DNA of 64,000 nt, from the NCBI RefSeq assembly GCF_018350175.1, contig NC_058368.1:50841815-50905814 (forward strand), written 5' to 3'. The first letter of the stretch is position 1. Each line of letters starts with the position of its first letter. Below the pieces are notes generated by a model. That model made no database searches, was not told where the DNA came from, and was given only the letters and a program-made list of their open reading frames with translations. The translations under genes were made by a program, and so were the position numbers. Origin of the DNA: Felis catus (Eukaryota). This document shows, one piece after another, positions 1 through 13,627 of the stretch.

Positions 1-58
1 GGAAGAAAGAAGAAGGAAGGAAGGAAGGAAGGAAGGAAAGAAGGAAGGAAGGAGAAAG

Positions 59-109
<51 letters not shown>

Positions 110-227
110 AAAAAGAAAGAAAGAAAGAAGAAAGAAAAGGAAAGAAAGAAAGAAAGAAGAAAGAAAAGGAAAGAAGAAAGAAGGGAAGAAAGAAAAGGAA
201 GGAAGGAAGGAAGGAAGGAAGGAGAGA

Positions 228-258
<31 letters not shown>

Positions 259-325
259 AAGAAAGAAAAGGAAAGAAGAAAGAAGGGAAGAAAGAAAAGG
301 AAGGAAGGAAGGAGAAAGAAAGAAG
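1..325 (+). repeat. Compound homopurine microsatellite (GGAA)n/(GAAA)n
   Basis: About 325 nt of only A and G, in GGAA and GAAA blocks; runs off the window start. Confidence 0.97.
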
Positions 326-859
326 ACAACAGCAAAACAACTTTGGAAACTAGAAAGCGGTGGATAAGATGTCATTGATGATGTAAAGCTGAGAAAAGCA
401 ACCTCACTACCAGCAGCATGGGAAGACAGGCTGATCCGCAGAAAAACTCAGGAATTGGAGGAACCCTATTATGTAAAAGCAGGAATACAAATGGGCAATG
501 GAAACTAGAGGATCAATTGAAAATCTGCACAGACTACAGAACCCCAGAAGTCTCTCCCACTCCAACAGAAGACAGGGCGACTCTCCAAAAAGTGCACCAA
601 AGAGATTCTGAGCTGAACGCAGGGGGCAGAACTGAGGGTCAGTGTATAGTATTGAGAATAGGGGCATTAAGTACATGGTGAGATCTCTTCTTGCTTCCTC
701 CAGAACGCTGGTAGATAGGCTTACCCCTTTCAGATAGGGAACTGACCAAACCAAGAGAAAAGACATCTATGGACCAGGGGTCCCTCAGTAAAAAAAGCCA
801 TCCATTGACAAAATTTCCCCATACACGTAGTTATCTGTCACCCTTTGGTTGCCTCAGTC

Positions 860-1200
860 TTAAAAAATGAGCAGAAGCCAAGGATCATAAGTCATTTGAG
901 AAAAGTCCCCAACATGAAAGAGAGAAGCTAAGACATCTAAAAAAGTAAAAAAAATGACTCAGGGGAAACAAAAATATTGCAGTAAACAGAGACTTTGAAA
1001 AAAACTATAATGGAAACCTTCAGTGAGGTAAGAAAGTATACTTAATCCATAAAATAAAACCACAAGCCTATAAACCTAAGAATATTGAGGGGGGGGGGAA
1101 GATCTTTGCACTTTAAAAATACTATGATAGCAAAATGAAAATCTAAAAGAAAACAAAAAAAAAAAAAGGAAAGAGAAAGGCTTGGAAGCAAAGTTAACCA
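860..1200 (+). mobile_element. Ancient L1M/HAL1-type ORF1-region remnant
   Basis: A-rich sequence resembling old L1 ORF1 (e.g. 'ttaaaaatactatgatagcaaaatg...ggcttggaagcaaagtt'); highly diverged. Confidence 0.4.
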
Positions 1201-2134
1201 TTGCCGTGGTAGAGCTGATCCTCAAACCTAAGCTCCCCCTTCTTCGCCTTTCCTCCCATCAATGCCTGCCCTCCAGTGCGTTCTCATGGATGGCAGCTGT
1301 GGTTTAGAGAATTTGTAGCATTCTAAGCCTCCCTTAGAACCGTTATATCAAAACACTCTCACTTCACGAGCAATAAAACTTTATTGCCAGATTCTGCCAT
1401 TTATCTGGAAATAGAAATATAGGTCTCCCCTACCCCCTGTTTCTCTCTTCATTCTTAAGTGCATTCTGTGCAATGATTGTATAATACCAATTGCCCACTG
1501 GGTGTTTTACTTTATTTTTCCAGGCAGCCCACACAAAATAGACTGTCCTTTATAGCCTTTAGAAATAGTAACTTGAATTAGCAAGAAGAATTGACATGCT
1601 CACAGAGGCAACTTCCACCAACACCAGCGAGCTCCCTCCTCAAATGCAGCCCCACCCTGAACCTTTCCTCGCTCAGCCCTCCCATCTCTGAGATCATTAA
1701 TTACCTACTCCTTCAGCACATTTGTGCTCTACTCCTAGGTGCTGACAACACAAGCCTGTCTCCTTTTACATGGTTGTCTGAAACTTTCACAGCAGGCAAG
1801 GCTCAGATTTAATCATTTGATTCTGATGCACATTCTTTAACAACTTAGAGCAGCATTTAAGTACAGTATGACAGATCTGGGACTATCACAACCCTCTTCA
1901 TCAGAGTTATTCCCACAGCCAGGGGTCCATCCTTGTGAAAAGTTAAATGCCTGGTTTTAAAAAGCTTTTAGACTTTTCATTTGGTTGTGCTGAAAGCTTC
2001 CACTTGTTTTTGTTGTCATCTGATATATATTGGAGTTCTAGGAAGACCAAATACACGATGATTAAACCGGTTTCTAGTTTCACTGAATCATAAGCATTAT
2101 ATAAAACAGAAGTCCATTCAAATAAATGTGCTTT

Positions 2135-2358
2135 GGGCGCCTGAGTGGCTCAATGGGTTGAGCGACCGACTTCGGCCTAGGTCATGATCTCACAGTTTGT
2201 GAGTTTGAGCCCCGTGTCGGGCTTTGTGCTGACAGCTCAGAGCCTGGAGCCTGCTTCCGATTCTGTGTCTCCCTCTCTCTCTCTGCCCCTCCCCACTCAT
2301 GCTCTGTCTCTCTCTGTCTCAGAAATAAATAAACATTAAAAAAATTAAAAACAAAAAC
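2135..2358 (+). mobile_element. CAN-SINE (tRNA-derived)
   Basis: gggcgcctgagtggctca head, (CT)n block, AATAAA and A-tail; TSD aaataaatgtgcttt (2120-2134) / aaatagatgtacttt (2359-2373). Confidence 0.96.
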
Positions 2359-2508
2359 AAATAGATGTACTTTAAACAGTGTGTCCTGCTATGAGAAAGT
2401 TCAATACCTGTACCCGTAAAACAAATGTGTTTGAGGAAGTCATTTACACCAGTAAGATGTCTAATCAATTAGAATTTGCCAAAAATGAAATCTCTTGGTC
2501 CTCCTAAA

Positions 2509-2509
<1 letters not shown>

Positions 2510-2552
<43 letters not shown>

Positions 2553-2556
2553 ACAC
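2510..2556 (+). repeat. (CA)n microsatellite
   Basis: Direct reading. Confidence 0.95.
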
Positions 2557-2703
2557 TTTCAATTTATGAACTATGTACTTTGGAACACATACATTTATCT
2601 TTACAAGAGCTGTAATATTTGTCAGAATTCCCCAAATAATTTTGCATATAATTATCTCATTTGATCCCATTTGTGACCCTGTTAAAGATGCACAGCAGCT
2701 CTA

Positions 2704-2927
2704 GGGGCGCCTGGGTGGCGCAGTCGGTTAAGCGTCCGACTTCAGCCAGGTCACGATCTCGCACTCTGTGAGTTCGAGCCCCGTGTCAGGCTCTGGGCTG
2801 ATGGCTCAGAGCCTGGAACCTGTTTCCGATTCTGTGTCTCCCTCTCTCTCTGCCCCTCCCCCGTTCATGCTCTGTCTCTCTCTGTCCCAAAAATAAATAA
2901 ACGTTGAAAAAAAATTAAAAAAAAAAA
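2704..2927 (+). mobile_element. Young felid CAN-SINE
   Basis: CpG-rich copy with 'cagccaggtcacgatctcgc' and 'ctctgggctgatggctc'; perfect 19-bp TSD aaagatgcacagcagctct (2684-2702 / 2928-2946). Confidence 0.97.
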
Positions 2928-3128
2928 AAAGATGCACAGCAGCTCTTGTCTCCAATTTGTAGATGGTGAAATAACTTGTTAGAATGAGTGAAAATGGGCT
3001 TCCTTCAAATAAATGTTCCTCCTTTGCATATACCAATGCTTTCCAGCAGTAGCTAAAAGCTAGTAGGAGCTCAGTAAATATTCTTGGGGGGGGGGGACAC
3101 AAAAACCTCAAGAAGATGTTTATTATCT

Positions 3129-3355
3129 GGGGTGCCTGGGTGGCCCAGTCGGTTAAGCATCCGACTTCGGCTCAGGTCATGATCTCACAGTTCATGAGTT
3201 TGAGCCCCGCATCAGGCTCTGTGCTGACAGCTCAGAGCCTGGAGCCTGCTTCAGATTCTGTGTCTCCTTCTATCTCTGCCCCTCCCCGACTTGTGCTCTG
3301 TCTCTCCCTGTCTCTCAAAAATAAGTAAATGTAAAAAAAAATGTTAAAGAAAAAA
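3129..3355 (+). mobile_element. CAN-SINE
   Basis: Full head, body, CT block and A-tail. Confidence 0.95.
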
Positions 3356-3829
3356 TTAATTATCAAAGCTATATCTTAAGGGATTTCAAAGGACAAAGTT
3401 TGCAAGAATAACAGATATGGTGAAATACTGATTCAGCAAGGGCATTGATTCCCCAACTTCCTGAAAGAGACAAAAGGTCTCTTGACTCATCCTCTTAACC
3501 TAAGTCATCCCTTGGATGATATGTCAGCCTGGCTGGCTGTCTCTTTTACAATATCCCTGGCTCAGAGGTGAACAAGGTAAATAAGGTAAAATCGAAATAA
3601 TGTTGGGCTACTTGGCAAATGGCTACTAAAGAAATAAAGTTAGTCCTGCTGTTTTGAATTACATGAAGCAACTCAAAGAATGTCAACAATATGGCATTTC
3701 ATGGAGAAGTAAATAAAATGCGTTATTAGCAAATAGAGTGCTTCTTACAATGGTTGCTTTGTGTGCCCTGTGACAGAGGCGACCACGTTGTCTGGTGATC
3801 ATGGGTTTCCATATATAACCATCTCTACC

Positions 3830-3950
3830 TCCTACCCCTGGGATAGGGTCTAGATCTTATTAATCTTGGTCCTGCCAGAGCCTGTCTGGTCCAAGTCTTT
3901 TAGGGACCCAATGAATGTTTGATGAGGAAGTTAATTAATGAATAAATAAA
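3830..3950 (+). mobile_element. L2 3' end remnant
   Basis: Ends in the L2-type tail 'caatgaatgtttgatgag...aatgaataaataaa'. Confidence 0.5.
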
Positions 3951-3989
3951 CTGCTGTGAAAGGTGATTGGATGCATCCTGGCAGAGAAA

Positions 3990-4180
3990 ATAGCATAGGC
4001 TAGAGAGTCAGAAAAATTTAGGTTCACTTTCCAGCTCATCCAAACAGAAGCTGCACGATCATAACTTTCTCAACTGCTGAGTCCCTCTTGTCTCAATTGT
4101 AAAAGTAGCCTAACACTGGGAAATAATGCCTACAGTAGAAGTCTTCTCTGATCAGGAAATGAGGGAATGAGGTAAGCATT
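3990..4180 (+). mobile_element. MIR remnant
   Basis: 'ggctagagagtcagaaa...ctgagtccctcttgtctcaattgtaaaa' resembles the MIR core. Confidence 0.55.
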
Positions 4181-4358
4181 TAACTGTTTTCCCTGACACC
4201 TTGGATGCCCTATAAATTCACTTAACTATGAAAATTTTTTTACCAGGGAAGTTAAACTTCAGATCTCAAAATAGCATAGCCCCCAATAACCGAGTCCTGA
4301 AACACAGTTCAACTAAATTCACTATCCTCTTTCAATACACAAGACAGGGGATGATTAA

Positions 4359-4569
4359 TTTATTATTTTTTTAATGTTTATTCATTTTTGAGAGAGAGAG
4401 AGAGACAGAACGTGAGGGGCAGGGAGAGAGGGAAACACAGAATCCAAAGCAGGCTCCAGGCTCCGAGCTGCCGACACAGAGCCCGATGTGGGGCTCAAAC
4501 CTACAAACAGTGAGATCATGACCTGAGCCAAAGTTGGACGCTTAACTGACTGAGCCACCCAGGCACCCC
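4359..4569 (-). mobile_element. CAN-SINE
   Basis: Reverse complement of the CAN-SINE, ending 'gactgagccacccaggcacccc'. Confidence 0.95.
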
Positions 4570-5364
4570 AGGAATGATCATTTAAAGTGCATACCAGTGG
4601 CCAGCAATGAAAATAACAAAATGAATGGTGCATATGTTACCATCCACTAAAACATGTCCATGAATATGGCTTTGATGTTAGTTTAATTATTGATTTTATT
4701 GAGAATGAATATTTATATGACTGCTTTAAGATTAATACATTTGTCCCAGTAATTTGTTGGAATTTGGATCCCGAGGTGATTTAGCAACAGCAATTTCTAC
4801 GTAGGAAATGCATGGTTCATGAAATAGCTTGGAAACCAAGATTAAGGCCAAAAATGATTGAAAGAAACAAAAAAATATTTCTAAAACCTCTGTGGGAATT
4901 CCCTCCTTCCTTTGCTGCAGAGCAAGAAAACTTAGCCTCGTGTGATTTCTAATTCTCTGTAAGCCTTTCCACAATGCAAATGTCACAGTGAAAAATTTGG
5001 CAATTGCTTTCGGGGAAGGTAAGTTGCCCAGATCACTAGAAAATGTTTTGACATTTAAGTGACCCTTCCATTCTGTTTTACAAAAGAAGTTCCAATTAAG
5101 CTCAAAGCACTCTTCTTATTTACTATCCTGGCCCTAGAAATGAAGGCCACGTAAAGTTGAATGCTATCTTTGCTGTGGGAGCAGGGCTGAATGCTCTGTG
5201 AGGGAGAATAAGAACTCTCAGCCACCCCCCCAAGAAGATAAGAGCTGATGAAAATTACTTTTTGCCTTGAAATTTATCACCATTTCCCCACAGCATTGTT
5301 TTTTCCCTTGGCCGTAGCCCAACACAGATGCTCAATTCAGCTGGTAGGACACAGGGAACAGTCT

Positions 5365-5505
5365 CGTTTTGGAAGGTTCTGGTCCTGGTTTTGCTACAAA
5401 TTTGTCATGTAATGTTGAATAAGCCTCTTCATCCCTCAGGACCTCTGTTTTCCTATTAAATGAGGGAGGTGCAGCAGATAATTTCTGAGGCCTCTTCCAG
5501 CTCCA
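5365..5505 (+). mobile_element. MIR/MIR3 remnant
   Basis: 'ggttctggtcctggttttgctac...ctctgttttcctattaaatgagg...tctgaggcctcttccagctc'. Confidence 0.55.
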
Positions 5506-6536
5506 GTTGTATGGTGTGTGCATTTGTGGTCAGAAGCAGGAGGAAAAAGGTGGAGTTTGTGTAACAATGGGCTTCCCCCAATGTGGTCAGCCATCCCCTG
5601 CTTCCAGTGGAAACCCAAAAGTTAAAATGGAACAACCGAAGTGATCTGAGGCCAGGGGTGGGACTCCACAGTTGCTCAAATGAAGAGTCTGGAAATGAGA
5701 CACAGACCCCAGCAGGTACAGGTGGCTCTGGCAATCCAGACAGTTTGATTTACAGACTTGAAATAATACTGGACAAAAGGCACTCCTATTTTCTCTGTAG
5801 CGCTAATTAGTATTCTTTCCTTGCAGGTTGTAGGAATCATACCAAAGTAGCTTGAGGAAAAAAGGTGCAAATGGTTATATGAATAAAGTCCAGACCTAGA
5901 GAAAAACTGGAACTGTAAATCCTTCAGGAACCTAGGAGATACTCTCCTGCTTACTGTCTCTTGTCACTGCTTCCTCCTCCATACTGGTTTTTCCCACCGT
6001 CCTCCTCTTCCTCCTCCTTCCCCTCCCCCTTCTTCTTTGTCTCCTCCTCTTATCCCTCCCCAGAAGGCTTTCTCCACTGTCCATCACATAAATATGCACC
6101 ACTGCTCCTGACTTTCGATATTACAGTTCTACTCATGCCTAGAGAAGAACAGCCCCTTCTGACTCCATTTCCAATTTCCCTGGACAGAAGTGCTGAATGA
6201 ACCACGTATCTGTCTATGTCTTGTCCAACTGTGGCCAAACACTGTTGGCAGGGCTCTGGCGACAGTGGGTGGGGGTTGGTCCTGGGGGCCATGTGAATAG
6301 ACAACATTTCTAAAACTCCAATGATAAGGTCTGTCTTGTTAAGCCTTCCTCAGATATACAGCAAACTTTGATCACTGGTTCCATTTGTCCACTTGAAATT
6401 GGTTATATGAATGTTCAACCTCACTCAACTTCATGATGTAGCTGATGGCCAAAATAGTTTTTAACAGTTGATATTGATATTATTTTTTTAAGTAGTGCTA
6501 CACAATTAAGCATAATCATATTTAAAACGAGAGGTC

Positions 6537-6751
6537 TTTTTTTTTTTAAATGTTTATTTATTTTTGAGACAGAGAGAGACAGAACATGAGTAGGGGAGGG
6601 GCAGAGAGAGAGGCAGACACAGAATCCAAAGCAGGCTCCAGGCTCCAAGCTTTCAGCACAGAGCCTGACACAGGGCTCGAACTCACGGACTGTGAGATCA
6701 CAATCTGAGCCGAAGTCAGATGCTTAACCGACCAAGCCACTCAGGCACCCC
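6537..6751 (-). mobile_element. CAN-SINE
   Basis: Full reverse-strand copy; imperfect TSD taaaacgagaggtc / taaacaagaggtc. Confidence 0.95.
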
Positions 6752-7339
6752 TAAACAAGAGGTCTTTAAATGCCTTTCAAAATCTCACTTAATTTAGTTG
6801 TATCCAGTTGTTGTTACTTGGTTCACATAATTCAGAATATTGGACTACAGAGATGATTTCATCTGAAATTTCTTCTTGAAATAATTTACTTAGTCCAAAT
6901 GGAACACTGTGCTTGAGTTCCCTGACGGGTTATGTTTATAGCTTACATTATATGAAGATTCCAAGCTGATGTCAGGACACTGAGGATAGCTTCGGGAATT
7001 GCAAAAATGGAAGAAAGACATGGCCAGAGATATTTGAACATTTCTTTCCTCAAGTAGCATCAAAGAAGTAATTGCTAGTTCCTATGAGAGATTTATAGAG
7101 GCCTTCCTTTCTTAGCTACCACAACATATCAATTTATTTCTACTTACTCATTTATTCACCCAGCAAATAGATATTTGTTGTCTACTCTGCAAAAATAATA
7201 ATTTGCTAGATTGTTTTTTCCACACGCAACCAGGCTAGTCTTTTGTTACCGAGAGAAAAATGTGTTCCACCATGCTCAATTATGAGTCACTTAAGAGTCA
7301 TTAAACATCCACCATAAATACATTTTCACAGTTTTGTGA

Positions 7340-8560
7340 GTTTTTTTATTCCTGGGTAAAAAAGCACATGTTGTAAAAAAAAAAATTTTCAAATGATACA
7401 GAAATAAAGCAGAAGCTAGAAGTCTCCTGTAAGCCATCCCTTCCTCTGTTAACAGTTTGCTTATAAATTGTGATAGATTTTTTCCTATGCATATACTGAT
7501 ACAAATTATATGTGCGTGTGACTAACAACCATATGAATGCACTTAAGATACATATACACATTTTTATTTATTTCTTTATCTTTTATTTTTAAATTTTATT
7601 TCAGAGAGAGAGAGAGCACACACGCAAGTGGGGGAGAGAGTCAAAGGGAGAGAGTGAGTGAGTGAGTGAGAATCCTAAGCAGGCTCCACACTCAGCATGG
7701 AGCCCAGCACAGGGATCGATCCCATGACCCTGGGATCATGACTTGAGCTGAAATCAAGAGTTAGACGTTCAGCTGACTGAGCCACCTAGGCATCCCTACA
7801 CATGATCACTTGTCAGTGTATTATAAGTACTTGCTCTTAGCTACCTCAACCTTCTAAAAGGCAACGTAGTAACCCATTATTTGAATATAGGAAATACCTT
7901 TCAAACTGTCTCCTAATTATACTCATTTTAGGTTGTTTCCAAGGTTATTTCCCTTTTTTTTTTTTCTGTACAAACATTGCCACAATAAACATTCTTATCT
8001 ACATATTTCTCTTCGCTTGAGTCAGCATTTCCAAAGAATGAAATCCTAGAACTGGAATCACTACATCAAAGAGTATATATATATATATATACAGTCACCA
8101 TTTAAGTAATAGCTGCCAAATTGCTTTCCAGAAACCTTTTACCAAATTATACCCTCACCTGGAATTCATGGCAATGCCCGTTCTCTACACCCTGGCCAGT
8201 GCTAAGTGTCTAATAAATCACTGCTCCTTGTCCAGATGAAGAAAGGTTATTTTAATGTTTTAATTTGCATGTCTTAGCGGCACATATTTACCTGTTTCTT
8301 GTATTTCTCCTGACAGTACCAATTTATTTTTATTTGGTCACTTTCTATTGGATTGGCCTTTTTATGCTGATTTTAGTGTGCTTCCTATGGCGTTGCTGTT
8401 AACCCTTTGTGGTCTGCACATTCATTGCCTTTTGTAAAAACCTTTCTGAGTTTTCAATTGCTTTGCAGCAAGTCTACGATCTGAAACTAATACAAAAAGT
8501 TAAACACTTTATGTAATCAAAATATCAATTTTTCCCCTTTGTTTCCTGGTTTCCACCTCA
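7340..8560 (-). mobile_element. Ancient L1ME-type 3' region, interrupted by a SINE
   Basis: 'catttta ggttgtttcca', 'cctagaactggaatcac', 'ctgccaaattgctttccagaa' and 'ttttaatttgcat' match the reverse of an old L1 3' end. Confidence 0.7.
7561..7796 (-). mobile_element. CAN-SINE, older subfamily
   Basis: 'gagctgaaatcaagagttagacg...gactgagccacctaggcatccc'. Confidence 0.92.
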
Positions 8561-8569
8561 TATCTTCTT

Positions 8570-9049
8570 GTATTAGCTTTCTATGCTGTTGTAACAAATC
8601 ACACAAATTTATGGTTTAAGACAGCACACAATTATTGGCTCACAGTTCTGGAGCTTGGAAGTCTTACAACAAGATGTGTTCCTTCTGTGCGTTCTAGGGA
8701 AGAACCCATTTCCTCTCCTCTTCCAGCTTCTAAAGGCTGCCTGCATTCTTTGGCTCATCACCCTATGCTCCTTCATCTTTCAATCTAGCAGTGTGGCATT
8801 TTCAAATCTCTCTCTCCCTCATCTGCTTCCTTCATTACATCTCCTATCTCAGTCTCTGAGGCTGACCCTCCCGCTTCCCCCTTATTAAGACCCTTGTGAC
8901 TACATTGCACCCACCGGATAATCTAGATTAATTCAGCATGCTTACTTTAATCAATCTGCAAAATCCTCTGGTTAGTAAAGTGACATGTTAACCGGCTTCA
9001 AAAAGTAGGACGTGGACTACTTTGAGGGGCTTTTATTCTGTCTACCACA
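8570..9049 (-). mobile_element. MaLR solo LTR (MLT1D-like)
   Basis: 'tgtattagctttcta...ctcacagttctggag...ccagcttctaaaggctgcc...ttctgtctaccaca'; TG...CA ends. Confidence 0.85.
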
Positions 9050-9399
9050 TTTCTCAATCAAAGGATTATAAATATTACTCCTTATATTATCTTCTACTAT
9101 ACTGTGATTTTGGGGTTGTTTTCATAATTACAAAAACCTAGGTTTTATTTCAGTATAGTATGCCATTTATTTAAACCTCATAAAAATAAATAAACTTGCT
9201 TCTCTTGTATTTCTAGCGCTTTCCTTATTTTTCTATTTAGACTATAAGCTTGCTAAGGGCCCACACATTGGACCAACAAACAAATAAATAAACAAAAAGC
9301 CCTCTTGACCTTGTAGCTTTCTAGTTACTGCCCACCCCACCCCCCTTTGCTTCCCAGCTGCACTGCTCTGGGCACTAGCCTGGGCTCCTCATAACACAA

Positions 9400-10835
9400 C
9401 CTCAGTTTTCACTCACATCTTCTGTCACTGAATTTCCCAAGTGCCCCAAGTGTCTTTCCGGCATCAGTCTCATTCTCCGTCCTCATTGCTGCTGCCAGAA
9501 TGTTCTTCCCAAAATCCAAACCAACCATGTCACTTCCTGGCTTGAAACCCATCAAAATTCCCCCATTGCCTGCAGGGTGCAATGCAAACTTTGGGGTGAG
9601 GTGTATGTGACCCTGCAGGTTTGGACCAGTGAGGACCTCTCCAGGTCTCTGCCAACGCCCTGTGCTCTCGTCACACTGAACAAAGTATGGTCCTGAAGGT
9701 TCCCAATGTCTTCTCTTCAGGTTTCTGAGCCTTGTGCTCCTCTACCTGGAATACCCCACAGTTCCCCGTGTCTGCCAACAAAGGGCCACCATCTCCCAAG
9801 ACCCAACTCCAGAGCTGCTGCTTCTGTGGAGTCTTCCCTGACCAGCCCCCCTACTTCCCAACCCACACCTCATAGACCAGCCTTACTATTACCTTATCAG
9901 TTTCTTTGTTATTCTCTCTAGCTTACAGAGACTAGGGAGAGGGTACAAGGGTTGTTTGGGATGGTTTTTACAGTCTCTCAACCTTGATGTGCTTCTCCAC
10001 CCTAAGCCAGTCAAAATAAACACATGATTATAGAAACCCAAGGTGCTTGCCATGCAAATGACTTCTCCAGATAAGTTCAGAGGAATGTGTTCAAAAGAGC
10101 CAGGTCCTCTCCCTAAACCTCTTTATCTCTGTTAGCCTTGAGGGCAGGAAACAGATTCTACTCTATGTATATAAATGAGAAAGGGATTGATTACAAGAAT
10201 TAAGTGCTTATAAAATTGTTGGAAGGGCTGCAGGAGAAGGAACCAGGAAGTGTCCTGGGAACTACCTGGTTCAAGAACACTCTACCATAGGACTCAGGCA
10301 GACACTGCCATCAACCCAAGTGGTACAGGCACTAGGAATCCCACAGTGCAAGTGACAGATTGACTTCAGCTGCTGTAACTGCCTCTCAACACTCTCTACT
10401 CTGAGCCCAGCTTATCAATACGAGTGTCAGGAAGATAGACTCTTCTAATTTCCAAGTCTTGTGCAAATGCATCGATTTGGTAGAACCTATTTTACATGGG
10501 GAATATTAGCTGCAAGGGAGTCATGGAAAATTAGACTTCTGCTCTCTAGCCTTTTGCAACACAAGAGAGGACAACGGAAAGAGGTGAAGATGTTTAGAGG
10601 CGGAGATGTTTAGAACCAACTGACCATACCAAATTGCCCCTCAATAAATATTTTAGAGCCACCACTGCTCTGTACACATCTATTCGAGTACTTGGAATAT
10701 TTTCCCGAGGATGTTTAGCGTCTGTCTCCCCTTACAAGACCTTGAGGATGGGGACAGTGTTGGCTTCATCTCTATCTCACAGGACCTCAAGACTAATTGG
10801 CAAGCGGTGCACACAACGGTGCATTAATCAATGTG
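9400..10835 (+). mobile_element. L2 3' region, split by an LTR-like insertion
   Basis: 'catgtcacttcctggcttgaaaccc...cccccattgcctgcaggg' at ~9530 and the L2 terminal part 'ccttgaggatgggacagtg' at ~10740. Confidence 0.6.
10130..10630 (-). mobile_element. Old MLT1-type (MaLR) LTR remnant
   Basis: Contains 'tagctgcaagggagtcatggaaaattag', typical of old MLT1 LTRs in reverse orientation. Confidence 0.5.
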
Positions 10836-10934
10836 CAGACAGAGCCAGACGATCTTGTATACATGCCCTTCTGGCCTCAATACACACCCCTGTTGTACTT
10901 CCCTTCAAGATGCATGCACAGAGCAAGAGAAGAA

Positions 10935-11100
10935 ATCAAGAGCACAGATTTTGGAGTTAGAAAGGTCTGTGTTCAAGTCTAGGTCCTGTGTGATTTTGAG
11001 AATATATTCTCTCTGGACCTCAGTTTCCTTACCTTTCCTTCTTTGAGGGGCTTGTTAGAAATATTGAATAAGGCACTGCATGCAAAGCACAGGATGTGAC
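10935..11100 (+). mobile_element. MIR remnant
   Basis: 'agagcacagattttggagttagaaagg...ctctctggacctcagtttcct'. Confidence 0.65.
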
Positions 11101-12439
11101 TAGTTTTTTGCCTCCCACCGCTGAATCTACACTATCTGTGCCCCTTCGGACATCTTATGTATGTGCAGTAGGGAAGATAAGAAGGAAGAATAACATAATG
11201 TGAAACACGCTGCATAGAACGGCAATTTAAACTTTTTTCTGCTGGAACTAATCGTCTTAATTATTTTGCCCCTTTAGACTCTTTTATCTGAATATTTCAA
11301 AGGATGTTACAAGGACGAATTATGATACATAATTGATAACTAGATAGCTAGCTGAGGCATACAGGCTGAGTGATTTGTCAGTCCTCTTGTGAACCTCATA
11401 AAACCAGCAGCCTATTGGGGTTTTTGCTTTGTTTTTTTTTTCTTTTCCTTTCTTCTTTTCTTCATAGTAGTACTAGTATTATTTAGTTGTTGCTATTTCA
11501 AAGCTGATTAACTGCAAATCCTTTTTAATGATGGATTGTTATTGTCGAGTGTTCTGACCAAAATTACATGTTTAAGGGCAGAGAAGAATAAGAACTAGAA
11601 GGCAGGAACCAAACTACTAAATCACTCTTTCTGTTTCTAACCTGTAAAATTTAGGGATCGTTTTGCATTTTATTATATATTTTATTTTTTCCTCAAATTC
11701 CTGAAGCAGATTAACTTTAGCACATTAACATGGTATAGGGGTTCACAGACCCAGTTATATATTCAACCGCACCTCTAGTCAGTTCTGGGACTGGATTGAG
11801 GAAGTCAGAATCCCCAGGTTTTGATTCCTCCTGTCTAAACTTATTGAACCGAGCAATGTCCATTCCAGCTCAATGGTTCTGTGAGCCTTTGTACACAACT
11901 CCGAGGGAGGGCTGTGGACAGTGAGGAACCAACAACACTTTTCATCAGTGGCATACAGGAAGCCAAAAATACAGTCTCTTTGCCTTCCTTTCTGAGTAGA
12001 AGCAGCGGCAGGTAGCAAAGAAGAGCGAATCCTGACTTGCCCTTCCAGGGCCAGGGCAAAGAAACCACAGGGTTGGGAGCTGAGAGTGGCCTGCAGGGGC
12101 CGAGCCAAGCTGGGGAGGAAACTGAGAAGGCAGCTTGCAGCTGAGAAGCCGAGGTGTTCCGGAGAGCTGCACACCCCCCAGTCTGGCAGGCCCCCAAAAC
12201 CACTGAGCTATTATTGATGGTTCTGTTTAGTGATGCAATCTGCATTTCTTCACTCTAATAAAATGCCAAATACTTGAAATGGGATTTTTCCACCAGGGCC
12301 TTCCATATAATGACTTGGGCCCTCTTATGACTACATCGAAACTGTGTGGGCATCCAAACTAAAGAAAAATGTAAAATTAAAAAAAAAAATCAGAACATAA
12401 TTACACTAAAAAAGAGACCTTTGAAAATGAGTAATCCAA

Positions 12440-12603
12440 GGGTACCTGGGTGGCTCAGTAGGTTAAGCGGCCGACTTTGGCTCGGGCCATGATCTCACAA
12501 TTTGTGGGTTCAAGCCCTGGGTTGGGCTTGTGCCGACAGCTCTGAGCCTGGAGCCTGCCTCAGATTCTGTGTCTCCCTCTCTCTGCCCCTCCCCCACTTG
12601 TGT

Positions 12604-12638
<35 letters not shown>

Positions 12639-12681
12639 TTCAAAAATAAATAAATATTAAAACAAATTAGAAAAAAAAAAA
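12440..12681 (+). mobile_element. CAN-SINE
   Basis: Full copy; perfect 17-bp TSD gaaaatgagtaatccaa (12423-12439 / 12682-12698). Confidence 0.96.
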
Positions 12682-13189
12682 GAAAATGAGTAATCCAACT
12701 CTTATCCACCCTTATCCCCCTTCCTTTTTATGGGTAATAAAAATGAGAATGAGAAAAGAAATCAATGATTTGCTCAAGGTCATCCAGCTTATCAGAATTT
12801 CAGTTAACTTAAGCCATGTGATTCCTCGATCAAATCCACCTGAAGTGTAGGCTGTATTTGTATATGCCTTTGTGAATTATACTTGGCTACTTCTAGATTC
12901 AGCTGGAATGACAAAAAAAAAATATCAGAAAAATCAGAAAAAAATTAGTGTGCCACTTCAAAGTATATATTCAGCCTGGACTTAACCCAGCAGTTGTCCA
13001 TCTGTCCATCTGTCCATCTGCCCCAGGAGGTCCAGGCTGGAAGTGCCAGGGGCCCCAGGGATTCCTATGGTGAAATCCTCGAGCCCATTGTCTTCTTTGG
13101 TCTTTCATCAGTTGTTTTCCACAAGTGCCTCTTACCTTTCAAGCTCTGCCCATGAAGTTTCTGACCCTGTAAAGGGGAAATCAGACATT

Positions 13190-13627
13190 TCTAAGTCAGA
13201 TTTCATTTAGTAATAATATTAAAGAAAAAAAAAACACCTTGAAAACCCCAGTGTCTTACCTGACAACAAGTATTTATTTCTCACGTATGAGTCTGGAGGT
13301 CAGCTGGGACGCTGCCTGTCTTTGTTCTGTGTGCGCTCTCATTCTGGGACATGACACGAGCTGAGAGCATAGCCCCATCAAGGTCCTGTTCTCACGGCGG
13401 ACTGAGAGAACAAGAGCAAAAGGCTGAAGCAAACCTCATGGTAAATGTAAGTTGCTACTTGAAAGGGCATAAATCATTCCCACATAAATCCACCCTCATT
13501 CTACCAGCCAAAGAAAGTTGCAAGGCTCATCCTGACTATGGGACATAAAAGCACCATCTACTTGGAGTCATGGCAAGGGTGGAAAAGAAGAAGCAGGTAG
13601 TTGGAAACAATAGTGAAACATACCACA
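13190..13627 (-). mobile_element. Old MaLR LTR (MLT1H/I/J-like)
   Basis: 'aaccccagtgtcttac...tttatttctcac...ggtcagctggg...ccagccaaagaaagttgcaaggc...taccaca'. Confidence 0.6.
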
